From a virus: 64,000 nucleotides of DNA. The stretch lies in IMG/VR virus record IMGVR_UViG_3300007735_000801, one strand, 5' to 3'. Shown piece after piece: positions 54,462 through 64,000 of this stretch (the stretch's first letter is position 1; the number at the start of each line of letters is the position of its first letter). A program made the translations under genes and the position numbers. The notes beneath the pieces are model-generated. The model did no database searches and was not told where the DNA came from. It was given only the letters and a program-made list of their open reading frames with translations.

Positions 54462-57374
54462 ATGGCTATTCAAGGATCCAGTTTAATTACTATTAAAGCC
54501 CTAGACGGCTCTTTGTCGTTTGTTGGGTTTTCGGGACCTACTGGTCCAACAGGACCGACAGGACCAACAGGCGGAACAGGAACTACTGGAGCCACTGGTA
54601 ATGGTGTCAGCTTTATTCGGAAAATAAACTCTGACGGAATCACGGTATTTCTTATAAACGGAACCGCAATCAGTGTTACTGGATTGACTGGTAATAGTCC
54701 GTTGCCTGCTGATTTTGCAGCAAATCCTTATAGTGTTGTTGGATCTACTGGCACCACATCATTATCTTTCAATGTTGGTGGTGTTGTTTCAGGTTTAACG
54801 GCATCATTTAAACCAATAAGAGGTTTAGCTGGTCTCAGTTTAACTTATTCTGGAAGCGATTTAATATTTAGAGGAATAACTAGTAGTTCTGGTTTTGGTG
54901 TAACCAATGCAGTCTTATATTCTGCTGGAAATACAGCGGCTCCTTTGGTTGATTCGTCTGGATTAAATACAATATTTCGTTATGAAACCCATACTGCTGG
55001 CTCTACAACACAACCTGTTGCTGTGGCAACAATATCTAAATTTCTACAAGGCAAAAATTCCGCAGGAATCACTAATATTAATTTGGTTGAAGTGAGCGGT
55101 ATTACTGCATACATTAAAACTTTTGCAGATACTTCAGTAAATTCTTTTTATACAAATTCTGGAATATGGTATAATAAACAGTGGTATAATAGTTCCTATA
55201 AAGATGTTAAAGCAACATTAACGCCTGCTACTGCTGTACAGAATAGTGGTGTAACATCTAATACTAATATTGTTTTCCGAACTCAAAACACTACTCCGTT
55301 TGCTTTACAGGAATATGGTTCGTGTTGTTTCTGTAGTAGCGGAAAGCAGTGTTTGGATTACGTTACTAGGTCCTATTGCTCTAGTGTAAGTGGAACATTT
55401 TCGACAACTCTATCCTGTAATATACGAAAAAATAATGGTGATTCTGGTTGTTATGCATCTATTGGTGCATGTTGTATCAATGGTACTTGCGTAGAAACAT
55501 CTCAATCACAATGCGAATCTTATGGTGGAGTTTTTGAAACAGGAAAGACTTGTTTTAATGCTACATCATGCAGACTTAATAGTTTTTTAATTTTTTATGA
55601 TGGCGAAGAAGCTAAATTAGATGCTATGACAAATCCTGATAATGATTTTAGTCATATGACTTGGCGGCAAAATGTTCCAGAACTTGATGCTATTGGTGCA
55701 CGGCGTATGCCATTTACTTGTGGTGCGGATCCTTGGTGGTTGACTACACAAAAATTTCGTGTAAATACAACAACTCCTAATAATGGATTAAACTGGAGAG
55801 GATATTATGGTGCTGGATTACCTGGTACTTGTCCAGACAGTAGATGGGCTCATTGCTTTCAGAAAATAACAGAAGGTTTAGACGTACAGGCGTTTAATTA
55901 TGTAACACAAGACGAAATTGATTGGATGGCACAAGCATTAGTGCTTCAGGGTGTTACCTCAACTAGTTCTGAATATATTTATTTAAATTGGCACGAAGAC
56001 TATAGAGATTTTTCTCTTTTTCCTGGAATGACTGGTCCTACTGATAATGTTCATATAGTGAATATATCTGGTCAAAATATACAATTGCCACGAGCTGTAA
56101 TGAGTGAAAACAATACAGGAAGAACAGAAAAACAAAATCATTTAGAATTTGGTAAATATATTGGTAGTTTGCTTACGGGTGGTACTGGATCTGACGGAAA
56201 ATCATTTAATGGTTTAAAACATTATTTTCCTAAATGTTTGTTTGGTTTTTATAATCATCCTACTTGGGGTTATTATTTTCCTTCAGGAACACCTTATTGG
56301 ATCATGACAGGAACAAGGGCACAGATACTCAATTCCATGAATGTTGCTGCTGATGCATTTGTTAGTTATTTGCAGGCTGGAAATTATGCTATAGATTTAC
56401 TAATGCCTAGTGTATACACTGCACTCAATAATCCAGATGCTAATGCAGAAAGATCAAAACAAGCAGTAGAATTTTGTAATATTATCAACGATAAACTTGC
56501 TGAACTTGGAGTAGAAAGAAAACTAATAATTCCTTGGATTTCTCCACAACACGACACAATATCTACTGGGGGTCCTTATACTTCGGGAAACGGAAACGTA
56601 TGGACACCACCAAGCACACAAATGACTAGAGATGAAATGCAAAGTCATATGATTGATCCTATAGTTAAGGCTGGAGCCGATGGAGCAACTATATGGATTG
56701 GTAGTGGATATAGAGCAACATTAGCTATGGGTAGAGATACTAGATATTGGCTTAAAGACGCAAATGGCAATTATACTGGTGCTCGAAGTGATTACGTAGG
56801 AGGTTCAGAAGATGCTACTCCACAATCCAATTGGCAAAAGTGGTTTTATCTACATCCTGGTGGAACAACAGCTGGTATAAATCAATGGTCTGATAAAACT
56901 ATGTTAAGACATTCTATAGCTGCCCATTACACATGGACAAAAGAACCTGAACTTATGGGTATAACTGGAAATCGGTGGTGGCCCGAAATGCCTACAAAAT
57001 ATGTTCCAGCAGCATGGATGCCATTACATTCACCTTTGAAAGATTTTAAAATTACTGGTCAAACTGCACCATACGGAAATCGAGTAGTGCCTTGTCCTGG
57101 ATCTACATCTCCTGATTCAGTAATGTCTATAGTTGTTGAAGTATTAGGTGGTGTGAAAAAAGATTTAGTAGAAGTGTTTATAGATAGATGGAATTTTAAT
57201 TTAGATGGTGGATTTCAACAGGGCGGGTTAGGACAGGCATCGTTTACTAGTTTTGTACCAGTATTAGACGATGATGCTGTTAAACGTATTGCCGAACCAA
57301 AACCTTCAAATATCTCTGATATGAATTCGTTTTATGCACTAGTTGACGAAAATGCAATACACGGAGTCACTTAA
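54462..57374 (+). CDS. collagen-like fibre protein with GACC repeats and a glycoside-hydrolase-like domain
   Basis: (GPT)n; GSCC/GACC; FPKCLFGFYNHP, DLLMPSVY, AGADGATIW. Confidence 0.75.
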   Translation: MAIQGSSLITIKALDGSLSFVGFSGPTGPTGPTGPTGGTGTTGATGNGVSFIRKINSDGITVFLINGTAISVTGLTGNSPLPADFAANPYSVVGSTGTTSLSFNVGGVVSGLTASFKPIRGLAGLSLTYSGSDLIFRGITSSSGFGVTNAVLYSAGNTAAPLVDSSGLNTIFRYETHTAGSTTQPVAVATISKFLQGKNSAGITNINLVEVSGITAYIKTFADTSVNSFYTNSGIWYNKQWYNSSYKDVKATLTPATAVQNSGVTSNTNIVFRTQNTTPFALQEYGSCCFCSSGKQCLDYVTRSYCSSVSGTFSTTLSCNIRKNNGDSGCYASIGACCINGTCVETSQSQCESYGGVFETGKTCFNATSCRLNSFLIFYDGEEAKLDAMTNPDNDFSHMTWRQNVPELDAIGARRMPFTCGADPWWLTTQKFRVNTTTPNNGLNWRGYYGAGLPGTCPDSRWAHCFQKITEGLDVQAFNYVTQDEIDWMAQALVLQGVTSTSSEYIYLNWHEDYRDFSLFPGMTGPTDNVHIVNISGQNIQLPRAVMSENNTGRTEKQNHLEFGKYIGSLLTGGTGSDGKSFNGLKHYFPKCLFGFYNHPTWGYYFPSGTPYWIMTGTRAQILNSMNVAADAFVSYLQAGNYAIDLLMPSVYTALNNPDANAERSKQAVEFCNIINDKLAELGVERKLIIPWISPQHDTISTGGPYTSGNGNVWTPPSTQMTRDEMQSHMIDPIVKAGADGATIWIGSGYRATLAMGRDTRYWLKDANGNYTGARSDYVGGSEDATPQSNWQKWFYLHPGGTTAGINQWSDKTMLRHSIAAHYTWTKEPELMGITGNRWWPEMPTKYVPAAWMPLHSPLKDFKITGQTAPYGNRVVPCPGSTSPDSVMSIVVEVLGGVKKDLVEVFIDRWNFNLDGGFQQGGLGQASFTSFVPVLDDDAVKRIAEPKPSNISDMNSFYALVDENAIHGVT

Positions 57375-57400
57375 ATCTTACTAAATAAAGCAGAACTCTT

Positions 57401-60400
57401 ATGCCAACAATTATAGGAAACAGCACAATATTTGGTATAGGTGGTAATACTGGATCTACTGGTAATACTGGTAATCCTGGTCCTACTGGTGCTAGAGGTA
57501 ATCTTGGTTCTACTGCTGGTCCTACTGGCGGTACTGCAGTTTATATTAGTACCGTTACATTCGATTCTGCCAGAAACAGATTAACGTTTGTTGGATCTAA
57601 CGGAACCAATCTTTCTGTTTTGGAAGGATTTACTGGATCTACTGGCTATTATTCTGATTCCAGAGGAATATCTGCCACTATAGCTGCTGGGTATCTTTCT
57701 GGTTTGTCAGGCATTATTGGCGGAAATACTTTTCAATTTTTAGGAATTTGCGGAGCTGGAACCTTAATATCATCTCTATCTACAGACAAAACAGAAATTT
57801 TAATAACTCCAAATGTTTTGGCTAGTTCCCCTTCTTACGGATCCACTCTACCAAATAATTATATTGCTTACACTACTTCTTCTTTTTCCGCAACCACAAC
57901 TAAAATTGGTGTTACAGGCACAAACTCTATTTTATCTTTTGGTCTAACAGCTGATAATGGAGCCACTGGTAATTCTGTAAAAGTATTTACTGATTTCAAT
58001 GAAATTTATTTTGGTATAACTGGAGGAATTACTTTAGGATTTAGTGGAGGAGTTTCTTTAAATTCTGTTGTAACTGGATATGATGCTGGTGGATTGGTTT
58101 TAGATTTAACCAAGTACACCACATACAAAACTACTGCACCAATTGGCATTACGGCATTTACTTCAAGTAGCGATACAGGAGCAATTCAAGCTTATACTTT
58201 CTTTATTGAGGGTGCTGAAGTCTGGAATTTTCCAAAGAATGTGTATTTTGAAAATACTAATTCAGGAATTTGTGGTTACGGATTCTTGGACGGAATGAAT
58301 ATTGTTCACTTGTGGAGCGATAATGCAGGACTTACATTTAATGCTGCATTTGTTGCTCGTGGTATAGGTGAAGCAAATAGCACAGTATATACTTCTCAGA
58401 TTGGTTCTTGTTGTTATTCTGCTGGCACCACTTGTTTAGACTATACGACTCTAAGAGACTGTAATCTTCTTGGTGGTAATTTTAATCCCTTAAAGCCATG
58501 CTCACAAACTTGTATAGAAATTGGATCTTGTTGCAGCGAAAATACTTGTTACGAAAATACACCAAAAAGTGTTTGTGAGGAAATTGCAGGAACATATAGT
58601 ATAGGACCTAATTGCACTAGTGCTGTGTGCGGAGTAAAAACTTATGATTTAATAATTACAGAATTAGCAGATCCTTTGATATTAAAAACTGTAAATAAAT
58701 TATTTACTGCTACAATTCGAACCACAGATACCGATCCTGTTTTTGTTAGCTTTCCTTCTGGTGTTGTATCAAACACCAGTGAAAGTTTTAATGCATTTTA
58801 TGCAATATTGCCAAATCAAACTATTATTAGTGATATGACAGGGTTGACTAACGGAACCACTCTTGGGTTTTATTTTGACAACACAAATACTCCAACTATT
58901 TCTGGAGCTTTAGGAACACTTCCTATATTGTTGCAAGACACAAATAGAGACACACAAAAAGTAAAAAATATAGATGTTGTTTATAGACCAGAAGGATCTG
59001 GGTGTGGTGGTTGTGTTAGTGCATTTCAGATTGCTGGAGGATTTTCGACTGTTCGATATTGTAATGATTGTTATACGATAAATTCATCAGGTCTTCAACA
59101 ATTTAGTCGAGTACAAACTCAAAGTGGAACAATTAATTTTTGTATTGCTAGTTCTGGATGTGGGTTTACTCTATCAGTAAATTGTATTAATGTTGATGAA
59201 GTTATAGATTTAGACGACTGCAAAATAACTGGTGCTAATATTGACGATAATTCCTTATTATGTCCTCATAGAGAATATAAATTTTTAGATAATAATTGTG
59301 TTGGATGTGAAAATTCAGCTAAACCGTATTTGTCTTTAGCTCATACTCATTGTAAGGGAGCAACTTTAGATGGTGGAGTAACATCTGGTTATTATTATAC
59401 TTATAATTTTAATAATGAAATGTACGGATATTTAAATGATGCAGGAATTACTGCTATTGCTGATATAAGCAAAATAGAAAAAGGTTTAAAGTCTGCAATA
59501 TCAAACAGCAAAAAAAATAATAAACCATTACTTTACAATAAAGACAACATGCTAACTGGTATTACTTATACTAATTATGCCACCTGTTGTCCAGTAAATA
59601 ATACGCCAGATATTGTTTTAGATTTTTCTGCTGGTAGAAGAATTTTTGTGTATCAAATACAAGTTGTAAGAAGAACTGGTTGGAATGGTCATGTGGAAGG
59701 TGAATGGGGTACTGGTGGTTTAGGTATGAGTACTAAAGGATCTCCATGCAACGGTGTAGATGGAATGTGGGATTATTATTATGCACTGGTATCTACTGAA
59801 GTAGATGCTACAGACAGTATTATGCCACCACCAATTAATAGTTGCATGACTATAATACCTTTTGCAGAAATAGCAGAAGGAATAATAAAAAGAGATTGTA
59901 CGTTTGAATCCATAGTAAATGTTAGTAATTTGTTCTATTTTAATTTTCTCGGAGAAATAGTAAACGGCACAAATGACGTTAAATTAAATAATGGTAAACT
60001 TGTATGGAATAATAATCCTACTTGGTTTAGTGACTATAGATTTTTCCAAAGTGAGGTTTTTCAAGGTTATCCTGCATCAGGTTTGAATTATTATTCTCAT
60101 ATTTTTCATAAAACAATTGGCAATTTTACAACAACCCTTAAAAGAAATAATGAATTTCGTAGATATTTTTGGGGTCCTGGATACTGTAATGGTGGTGATT
60201 TTGGTACAGTTTTATGTTCTAATACTGTACAAAACAGATGTATATTAAGTTCATCTATTGGATTTTCTAATAGTATAAAAACTAATCCCGATATTCTAGA
60301 TAATTTGTGTTATTTTGGTTATTCTCATGCAATAGAACTGTTTGTGGCTTCTGATCCAGATACTGGTATTCCGATTGAAATTACCCCTACGTTATACGAC

Positions 60401-61156
60401 ATACAACCAAACGGAAGCTGGATTAAAAATACTACTGCTTGGTTATTTGTTTCTAGATTAGATACTATATTTGATGGTAATGAAGGTGATTGTATGGAGT
60501 GTTTAGGAAGAGGAATGCCAGCAATAAGATCAGGAACAACATATCCGTTATCTCAAAATATAAATATAGATAGTTTATTTTATGTTTATTATAATGGAGA
60601 TGTTAATCTTGATGCAAAGCCTATACAAATAACAGAAAAATATACTACACATTTAGACCCTGCTTCGGTAACCATACCAGAATTAGATTTTACACACACA
60701 TATTCCATTATTAATAATAACATAACTTTAAATTTGGAATTATCTGAATTTGTAAAATTAGGAGCCTGGGAAATAGACAAATACGAATGGGTATATTGGT
60801 GGGAATTACCTAATGGTCAGTATTCCTCAATAATTACATGGAGTGAATTGGGTCAAGATTCATTTGAATTGTATCAGAGTACTGCTTCTATGGATAGCAC
60901 TATGTTAAAAGTATACAACGAAATTGAAGGTCAAAAACTTCTCAGATATGTTGTAGTTCATGTTTTATTCACCGCAAGAATGATACAAAGTACTTATAGA
61001 GGACAAGAAGTTAATAAAATAATTAAGATTTATCTAGATACTCCTAGTTCTTTGGTACCACAATCAACCATACAAAATAAAAAAATAAATAACCAATGCG
61101 TTGCCATAGATTGTTCTGGTATTGAATTTTATTGTTCTGGGTTAAAGGACTGCTAA
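57401..61156 (+). CDS. large collagen-like Cys-rich fibre protein
   Basis: GxTG triplets, GSCC repeats. Confidence 0.75.
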   Translation: MPTIIGNSTIFGIGGNTGSTGNTGNPGPTGARGNLGSTAGPTGGTAVYISTVTFDSARNRLTFVGSNGTNLSVLEGFTGSTGYYSDSRGISATIAAGYLSGLSGIIGGNTFQFLGICGAGTLISSLSTDKTEILITPNVLASSPSYGSTLPNNYIAYTTSSFSATTTKIGVTGTNSILSFGLTADNGATGNSVKVFTDFNEIYFGITGGITLGFSGGVSLNSVVTGYDAGGLVLDLTKYTTYKTTAPIGITAFTSSSDTGAIQAYTFFIEGAEVWNFPKNVYFENTNSGICGYGFLDGMNIVHLWSDNAGLTFNAAFVARGIGEANSTVYTSQIGSCCYSAGTTCLDYTTLRDCNLLGGNFNPLKPCSQTCIEIGSCCSENTCYENTPKSVCEEIAGTYSIGPNCTSAVCGVKTYDLIITELADPLILKTVNKLFTATIRTTDTDPVFVSFPSGVVSNTSESFNAFYAILPNQTIISDMTGLTNGTTLGFYFDNTNTPTISGALGTLPILLQDTNRDTQKVKNIDVVYRPEGSGCGGCVSAFQIAGGFSTVRYCNDCYTINSSGLQQFSRVQTQSGTINFCIASSGCGFTLSVNCINVDEVIDLDDCKITGANIDDNSLLCPHREYKFLDNNCVGCENSAKPYLSLAHTHCKGATLDGGVTSGYYYTYNFNNEMYGYLNDAGITAIADISKIEKGLKSAISNSKKNNKPLLYNKDNMLTGITYTNYATCCPVNNTPDIVLDFSAGRRIFVYQIQVVRRTGWNGHVEGEWGTGGLGMSTKGSPCNGVDGMWDYYYALVSTEVDATDSIMPPPINSCMTIIPFAEIAEGIIKRDCTFESIVNVSNLFYFNFLGEIVNGTNDVKLNNGKLVWNNNPTWFSDYRFFQSEVFQGYPASGLNYYSHIFHKTIGNFTTTLKRNNEFRRYFWGPGYCNGGDFGTVLCSNTVQNRCILSSSIGFSNSIKTNPDILDNLCYFGYSHAIELFVASDPDTGIPIEITPTLYDIQPNGSWIKNTTAWLFVSRLDTIFDGNEGDCMECLGRGMPAIRSGTTYPLSQNINIDSLFYVYYNGDVNLDAKPIQITEKYTTHLDPASVTIPELDFTHTYSIINNNITLNLELSEFVKLGAWEIDKYEWVYWWELPNGQYSSIITWSELGQDSFELYQSTASMDSTMLKVYNEIEGQKLLRYVVVHVLFTARMIQSTYRGQEVNKIIKIYLDTPSSLVPQSTIQNKKINNQCVAIDCSGIEFYCSGLKDC

Positions 61157-61157
61157 A

Positions 61158-62396
61158 ATGAGTATTCAATTTAGAGCAAGAACTATAAGTACAACTGTTG
61201 AAGCACATACGCCACCAATTAGTGGCGATTCTACTACTGGTTGGTGTTGTGGTGGAGGTAAAAATGCATTATCTTCTAAACCTGAATGTGATGCTGCTGG
61301 TGGTTATTTTTTATCTGGTCAGACTAACAGAGACGCATGTCCTTCTTGCGTTGCTGGTTTTGCTCCAAATTTTGGATCATTAGGATCATGTTGTCATTAC
61401 GAAAAACAAAACGGATTTTATACATTATTTTGTGCGGATGTATATTCAGACTTTGAGTGTGCAGATTTGCACCAAGGAAAAGAAGAAGGTCTTCGGTATC
61501 AATTTAATCCGAATGATACTTGCCAAGGATCCACTGCAGGAAATTCGGTTTGTGAAGTATCTAGTACTCCTTTCGGAAATTGTTGCACTCAAAACGTAGA
61601 CGGAACTGTGGATTGTTCGATTACATTCCAATCTGAGTGTTCTGGTTTTTGGTCTTACCCTGTAAACGGTATTTTGTCTTGTGTGGATTCTACTCCATGT
61701 TCTGGAGTTTATTTCACAAGTATTGCTGGAATCACACCCAGAGCTTCATTAACTACATTGCAAAATTCGACAAATTATATTCAAACTCTACCAGCAACAC
61801 CACAAATTTATCAAGGTGGTTTGTATGTTGGCATATTTAAACCAGGATCTCCTATTAATACTAAAGGAGTAACGTTATACGGAAGTCCATATACAGGAAA
61901 CGCAAATCAATACGTCTCAAGAGGAAATGGAATAGGAACTTCAGAAAAGAGTTGGATATTGGTTGCTGCTACTAAAGATTATTTCTACCTTCCAATGAAT
62001 TCAGAAAGTTTGGCTGGAAGCACAATGAGTACCTCTATTTACGACGGACTTCTTAATACTTATGGTACGGAATCCAGTAAAGCTAATGTGTATTATTCTT
62101 TGGATACTTACAGCTTAAATGGTTTTGATGATTGGTATCTGCCTAGCCAAGAGGAATTAGCATTTTATTTCCAAAATGTAGAGTATGGGTTTGCGCTGGA
62201 TAAACAGTACACAAAACTTACAGAAGGTCCTTATATGACTTCTACAGTGTATGATAATGGCATTCAAAACTTTAATAATACATATTTTGTGTATTCTCAG
62301 AATGCAGCACAATTTACCTACGGAAATGTTAATCTTGTTTCCAGGAATATTCCATTAAATATTCGTTTATTTCGAAGAATTTACTTGGATTCGTGA
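61158..62396 (+). CDS. Cys-rich virion protein with DUF1566-like C-terminus
   Basis: GWCC/GSCC/GNCC; YQGGLYVG; NGFDDWYLPSQEEL. Confidence 0.7.
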   Translation: MSIQFRARTISTTVEAHTPPISGDSTTGWCCGGGKNALSSKPECDAAGGYFLSGQTNRDACPSCVAGFAPNFGSLGSCCHYEKQNGFYTLFCADVYSDFECADLHQGKEEGLRYQFNPNDTCQGSTAGNSVCEVSSTPFGNCCTQNVDGTVDCSITFQSECSGFWSYPVNGILSCVDSTPCSGVYFTSIAGITPRASLTTLQNSTNYIQTLPATPQIYQGGLYVGIFKPGSPINTKGVTLYGSPYTGNANQYVSRGNGIGTSEKSWILVAATKDYFYLPMNSESLAGSTMSTSIYDGLLNTYGTESSKANVYYSLDTYSLNGFDDWYLPSQEELAFYFQNVEYGFALDKQYTKLTEGPYMTSTVYDNGIQNFNNTYFVYSQNAAQFTYGNVNLVSRNIPLNIRLFRRIYLDS

Positions 62397-62430
62397 TATA
62401 TAAATATATACATTATTAGGAGTTTATATT

Positions 62431-62997
62431 ATGGGATGCGGATGCAATAAAAACAAACAAAATCAACAACCTGCTGCAGAAGGTGAAACGCCAGTTTCTC
62501 CAAATCTGGAATTCAGAAAAGAATCTAATCCTCAAGACATTAAGGGACTTCTTTCTCGTAAGATAGGAATGGTTCAAAGCTTTGCTTCGGCTCTAGTAAG
62601 TCGTGGCTTAAGTGATCAAAAAATTAACAAATCAGCAAAACAACTCCGAGCAATTAGTTGTTTTGGTAACAAGCATCTTGGAGGACAACTTCCTCCTTGC
62701 GAGTATTTGAAAGACAGCGAAACACCAGGAAAGTTCTTTTGTGGTGGCTGTGGTTGTGGAGATAAGCCACACACATGGTTGACTATTGAAGGTGAGGAAT
62801 ACAGCAAGTTGGATTATCCCAAGCTTACCTGTCCGCTCCATATGCCTGGATTTAGTAATTACGAAGCAAGCAAGCCAGACGAATCAGTTTCTCCGATTAC
62901 TCGACGTTATTATATTGAACAGATTGATTTTGGTGAAGTATTAAGATTAAATGTTACTTTGCCTGAAAAACCCCAAGATCCTCCAAAACCAGAATAA
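62431..62997 (+). CDS. Cys-motif hypothetical protein
   Basis: MGCGCNK, CGGCGCGD, CP; TATAAATA and GGAG upstream. Confidence 0.7.
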   Translation: MGCGCNKNKQNQQPAAEGETPVSPNLEFRKESNPQDIKGLLSRKIGMVQSFASALVSRGLSDQKINKSAKQLRAISCFGNKHLGGQLPPCEYLKDSETPGKFFCGGCGCGDKPHTWLTIEGEEYSKLDYPKLTCPLHMPGFSNYEASKPDESVSPITRRYYIEQIDFGEVLRLNVTLPEKPQDPPKPE

Positions 62998-63036
62998 CGT
63001 AAATTAATTTTGCCATAAATACTATAAAGGGATCCT

Positions 63037-63837
63037 ATGGCAAAACCTACTTCAAGAGAAACATTAATTCAGTACAGTCTCAGACAATTGGGTTCTCCAG
63101 TTGTCGAGATCAACGTAGATTGGGAACAATGCGAAGATCGTCTAGACGATGCCCTTCAATACTTTACAGAGCGTCATTTTGATGGTGTGCAAAAGGTATT
63201 TTTTAAATATCAATTAACCCCTACCGACATAACCAATAGGTACATTCCTACTGAAGATATTGTGTCTCCAAATGAAGTAGACGGTCCTACAGGCAAACAA
63301 ATTGTTTCTATTGTTAAGGTTATGCAGTTTGGAATGTTTGCAAACATTAATATGTTTGATGTTCGCTATCAACTAGCTTTATCAGATTATTTTGGTATGA
63401 ATCGAAATCTTGGTGGAAATGCCTCTATGGGATTGGCTGCATACGATAGTACCAAAAGATATATTAAATTGATTGAAGATTTATTTCAGCCAGAAAAGGC
63501 TATTGAATTTAGTAAAGTTACTAATAGATTATACTTAGATATGCAGTGGAGTACTGAAGTTGTGGCTGGAGATTGGTTGGTAATACAGGCTTATGCAGCA
63601 TTAGATCCAAATAAATTTACTGAAATTTTTGATGATCGTTATCTCAAGCGATACGTTACTGCATTAATCAAACGCCAATGGGGAGCTAATATGGCAAAGT
63701 TTGATGGTGTAGCCCTTCCTGGTGGTGTTGTAATGCGAGGTGGACAGATTCAAAACGAAGCTGCTGGCGAAATTGAACGAATTGAAGAAGAAATTAAACG
63801 TGAATATGAACTTCCTATCGATTTCATGACAGGATAA
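63037..63837 (+). CDS. 13: neck protein gp13
   Basis: YSLRQLGSPVVEINVD..Q.EDR.DDALQYF.ERHFDG, KRQWGAN..KF.GV.LPGGV. Confidence 0.96.
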   Translation: MAKPTSRETLIQYSLRQLGSPVVEINVDWEQCEDRLDDALQYFTERHFDGVQKVFFKYQLTPTDITNRYIPTEDIVSPNEVDGPTGKQIVSIVKVMQFGMFANINMFDVRYQLALSDYFGMNRNLGGNASMGLAAYDSTKRYIKLIEDLFQPEKAIEFSKVTNRLYLDMQWSTEVVAGDWLVIQAYAALDPNKFTEIFDDRYLKRYVTALIKRQWGANMAKFDGVALPGGVVMRGGQIQNEAAGEIERIEEEIKREYELPIDFMTG

Positions 63838-63838
63838 A

Positions 63839-64000
63839 ATGGCAACGAATCCATATTTTAAAAAGGATTATTCTGGAGAACAGGATGTCCTTGAAGATCT
63901 TACAATTGAACTCATTAAAACTATGGGTCGAGATATGTATTATATTCCTAGAAATATTTTAGATATGGACATAATATTTGGAGAAGGTCTTCAAGTCAAT
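63839..64000 (+). CDS. 14: neck protein gp14 (5' part, runs off the window)
   Basis: MATNPYF..EQDVLEDLTIELIKTMGRDMYYIPR. Confidence 0.9.
   Translation, partial: MATNPYFKKDYSGEQDVLEDLTIELIKTMGRDMYYIPRNILDMDIIFGEGLQVN

Noticed and set aside
53075-57540. GGACCAACT/GGTCCTACT nucleotide repeats as regulatory repeats
   Set aside because: Fully explained by collagen-like (GPT)n coding
1-64000. Stop-codon reassignment
   Set aside because: Core genes are full length under the standard bacterial code and no suppressor tRNA was seen

Overview
This 64 kb window is part of a large T4-like myovirus genome; no rRNA or cellular housekeeping genes are present. It has four blocks. (1) 1-14.06 kb: a minus-strand early region. 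Its right part (about 5.3-14.06 kb) is visibly GC-richer and is an array of about 13 self-contained expression cassettes. Each cassette has an AT tract, a TTGACA-N16-(T/C)AnnnT promoter, a GGCA..TGCC 5' hairpin, an RBS, one or two small ORFs (one cassette carries a structured ncRNA instead) and a terminator. Cassettes are separated by clusters of two polar boxes, GCGACTATCAACA and AGTCCGATAAC. The first cassette encodes a Csx16-like putative ring nuclease; others encode DUF932 and HhH-glycosylase-like proteins. (2) 14.25-19.15 kb: after an abrupt C-tract/poly-T boundary, six late genes that begin with a T4-type capsid-targeting sequence and carry ParB-like, ADP-ribosyltransferase-like, repeat+nucleotidyltransferase, lytic transglycosylase and metallopeptidase cargo. 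(3) 19-30 kb: accessory genes (HTH, HNH/EndoVII nucleases, phosphoesterase, UvsE, SAM decarboxylase, ferritin-like) and four tRNAs (Leu-TAA, Arg-TCT, Ile-TAT, Glu-TTC). (4) 30-64 kb: gp33, gp32 and the baseplate/tail/neck module (gp26-51, gp54, gp4, gp48, gp53, hub, gp25, gp6, gp7, gp8, fibres, gp13, start of gp14). Its Cys-rich GACC repeats and RCC1 repeats hint at a Planctomycete host. All family assignments come from motif recognition by eye; no database search was run.
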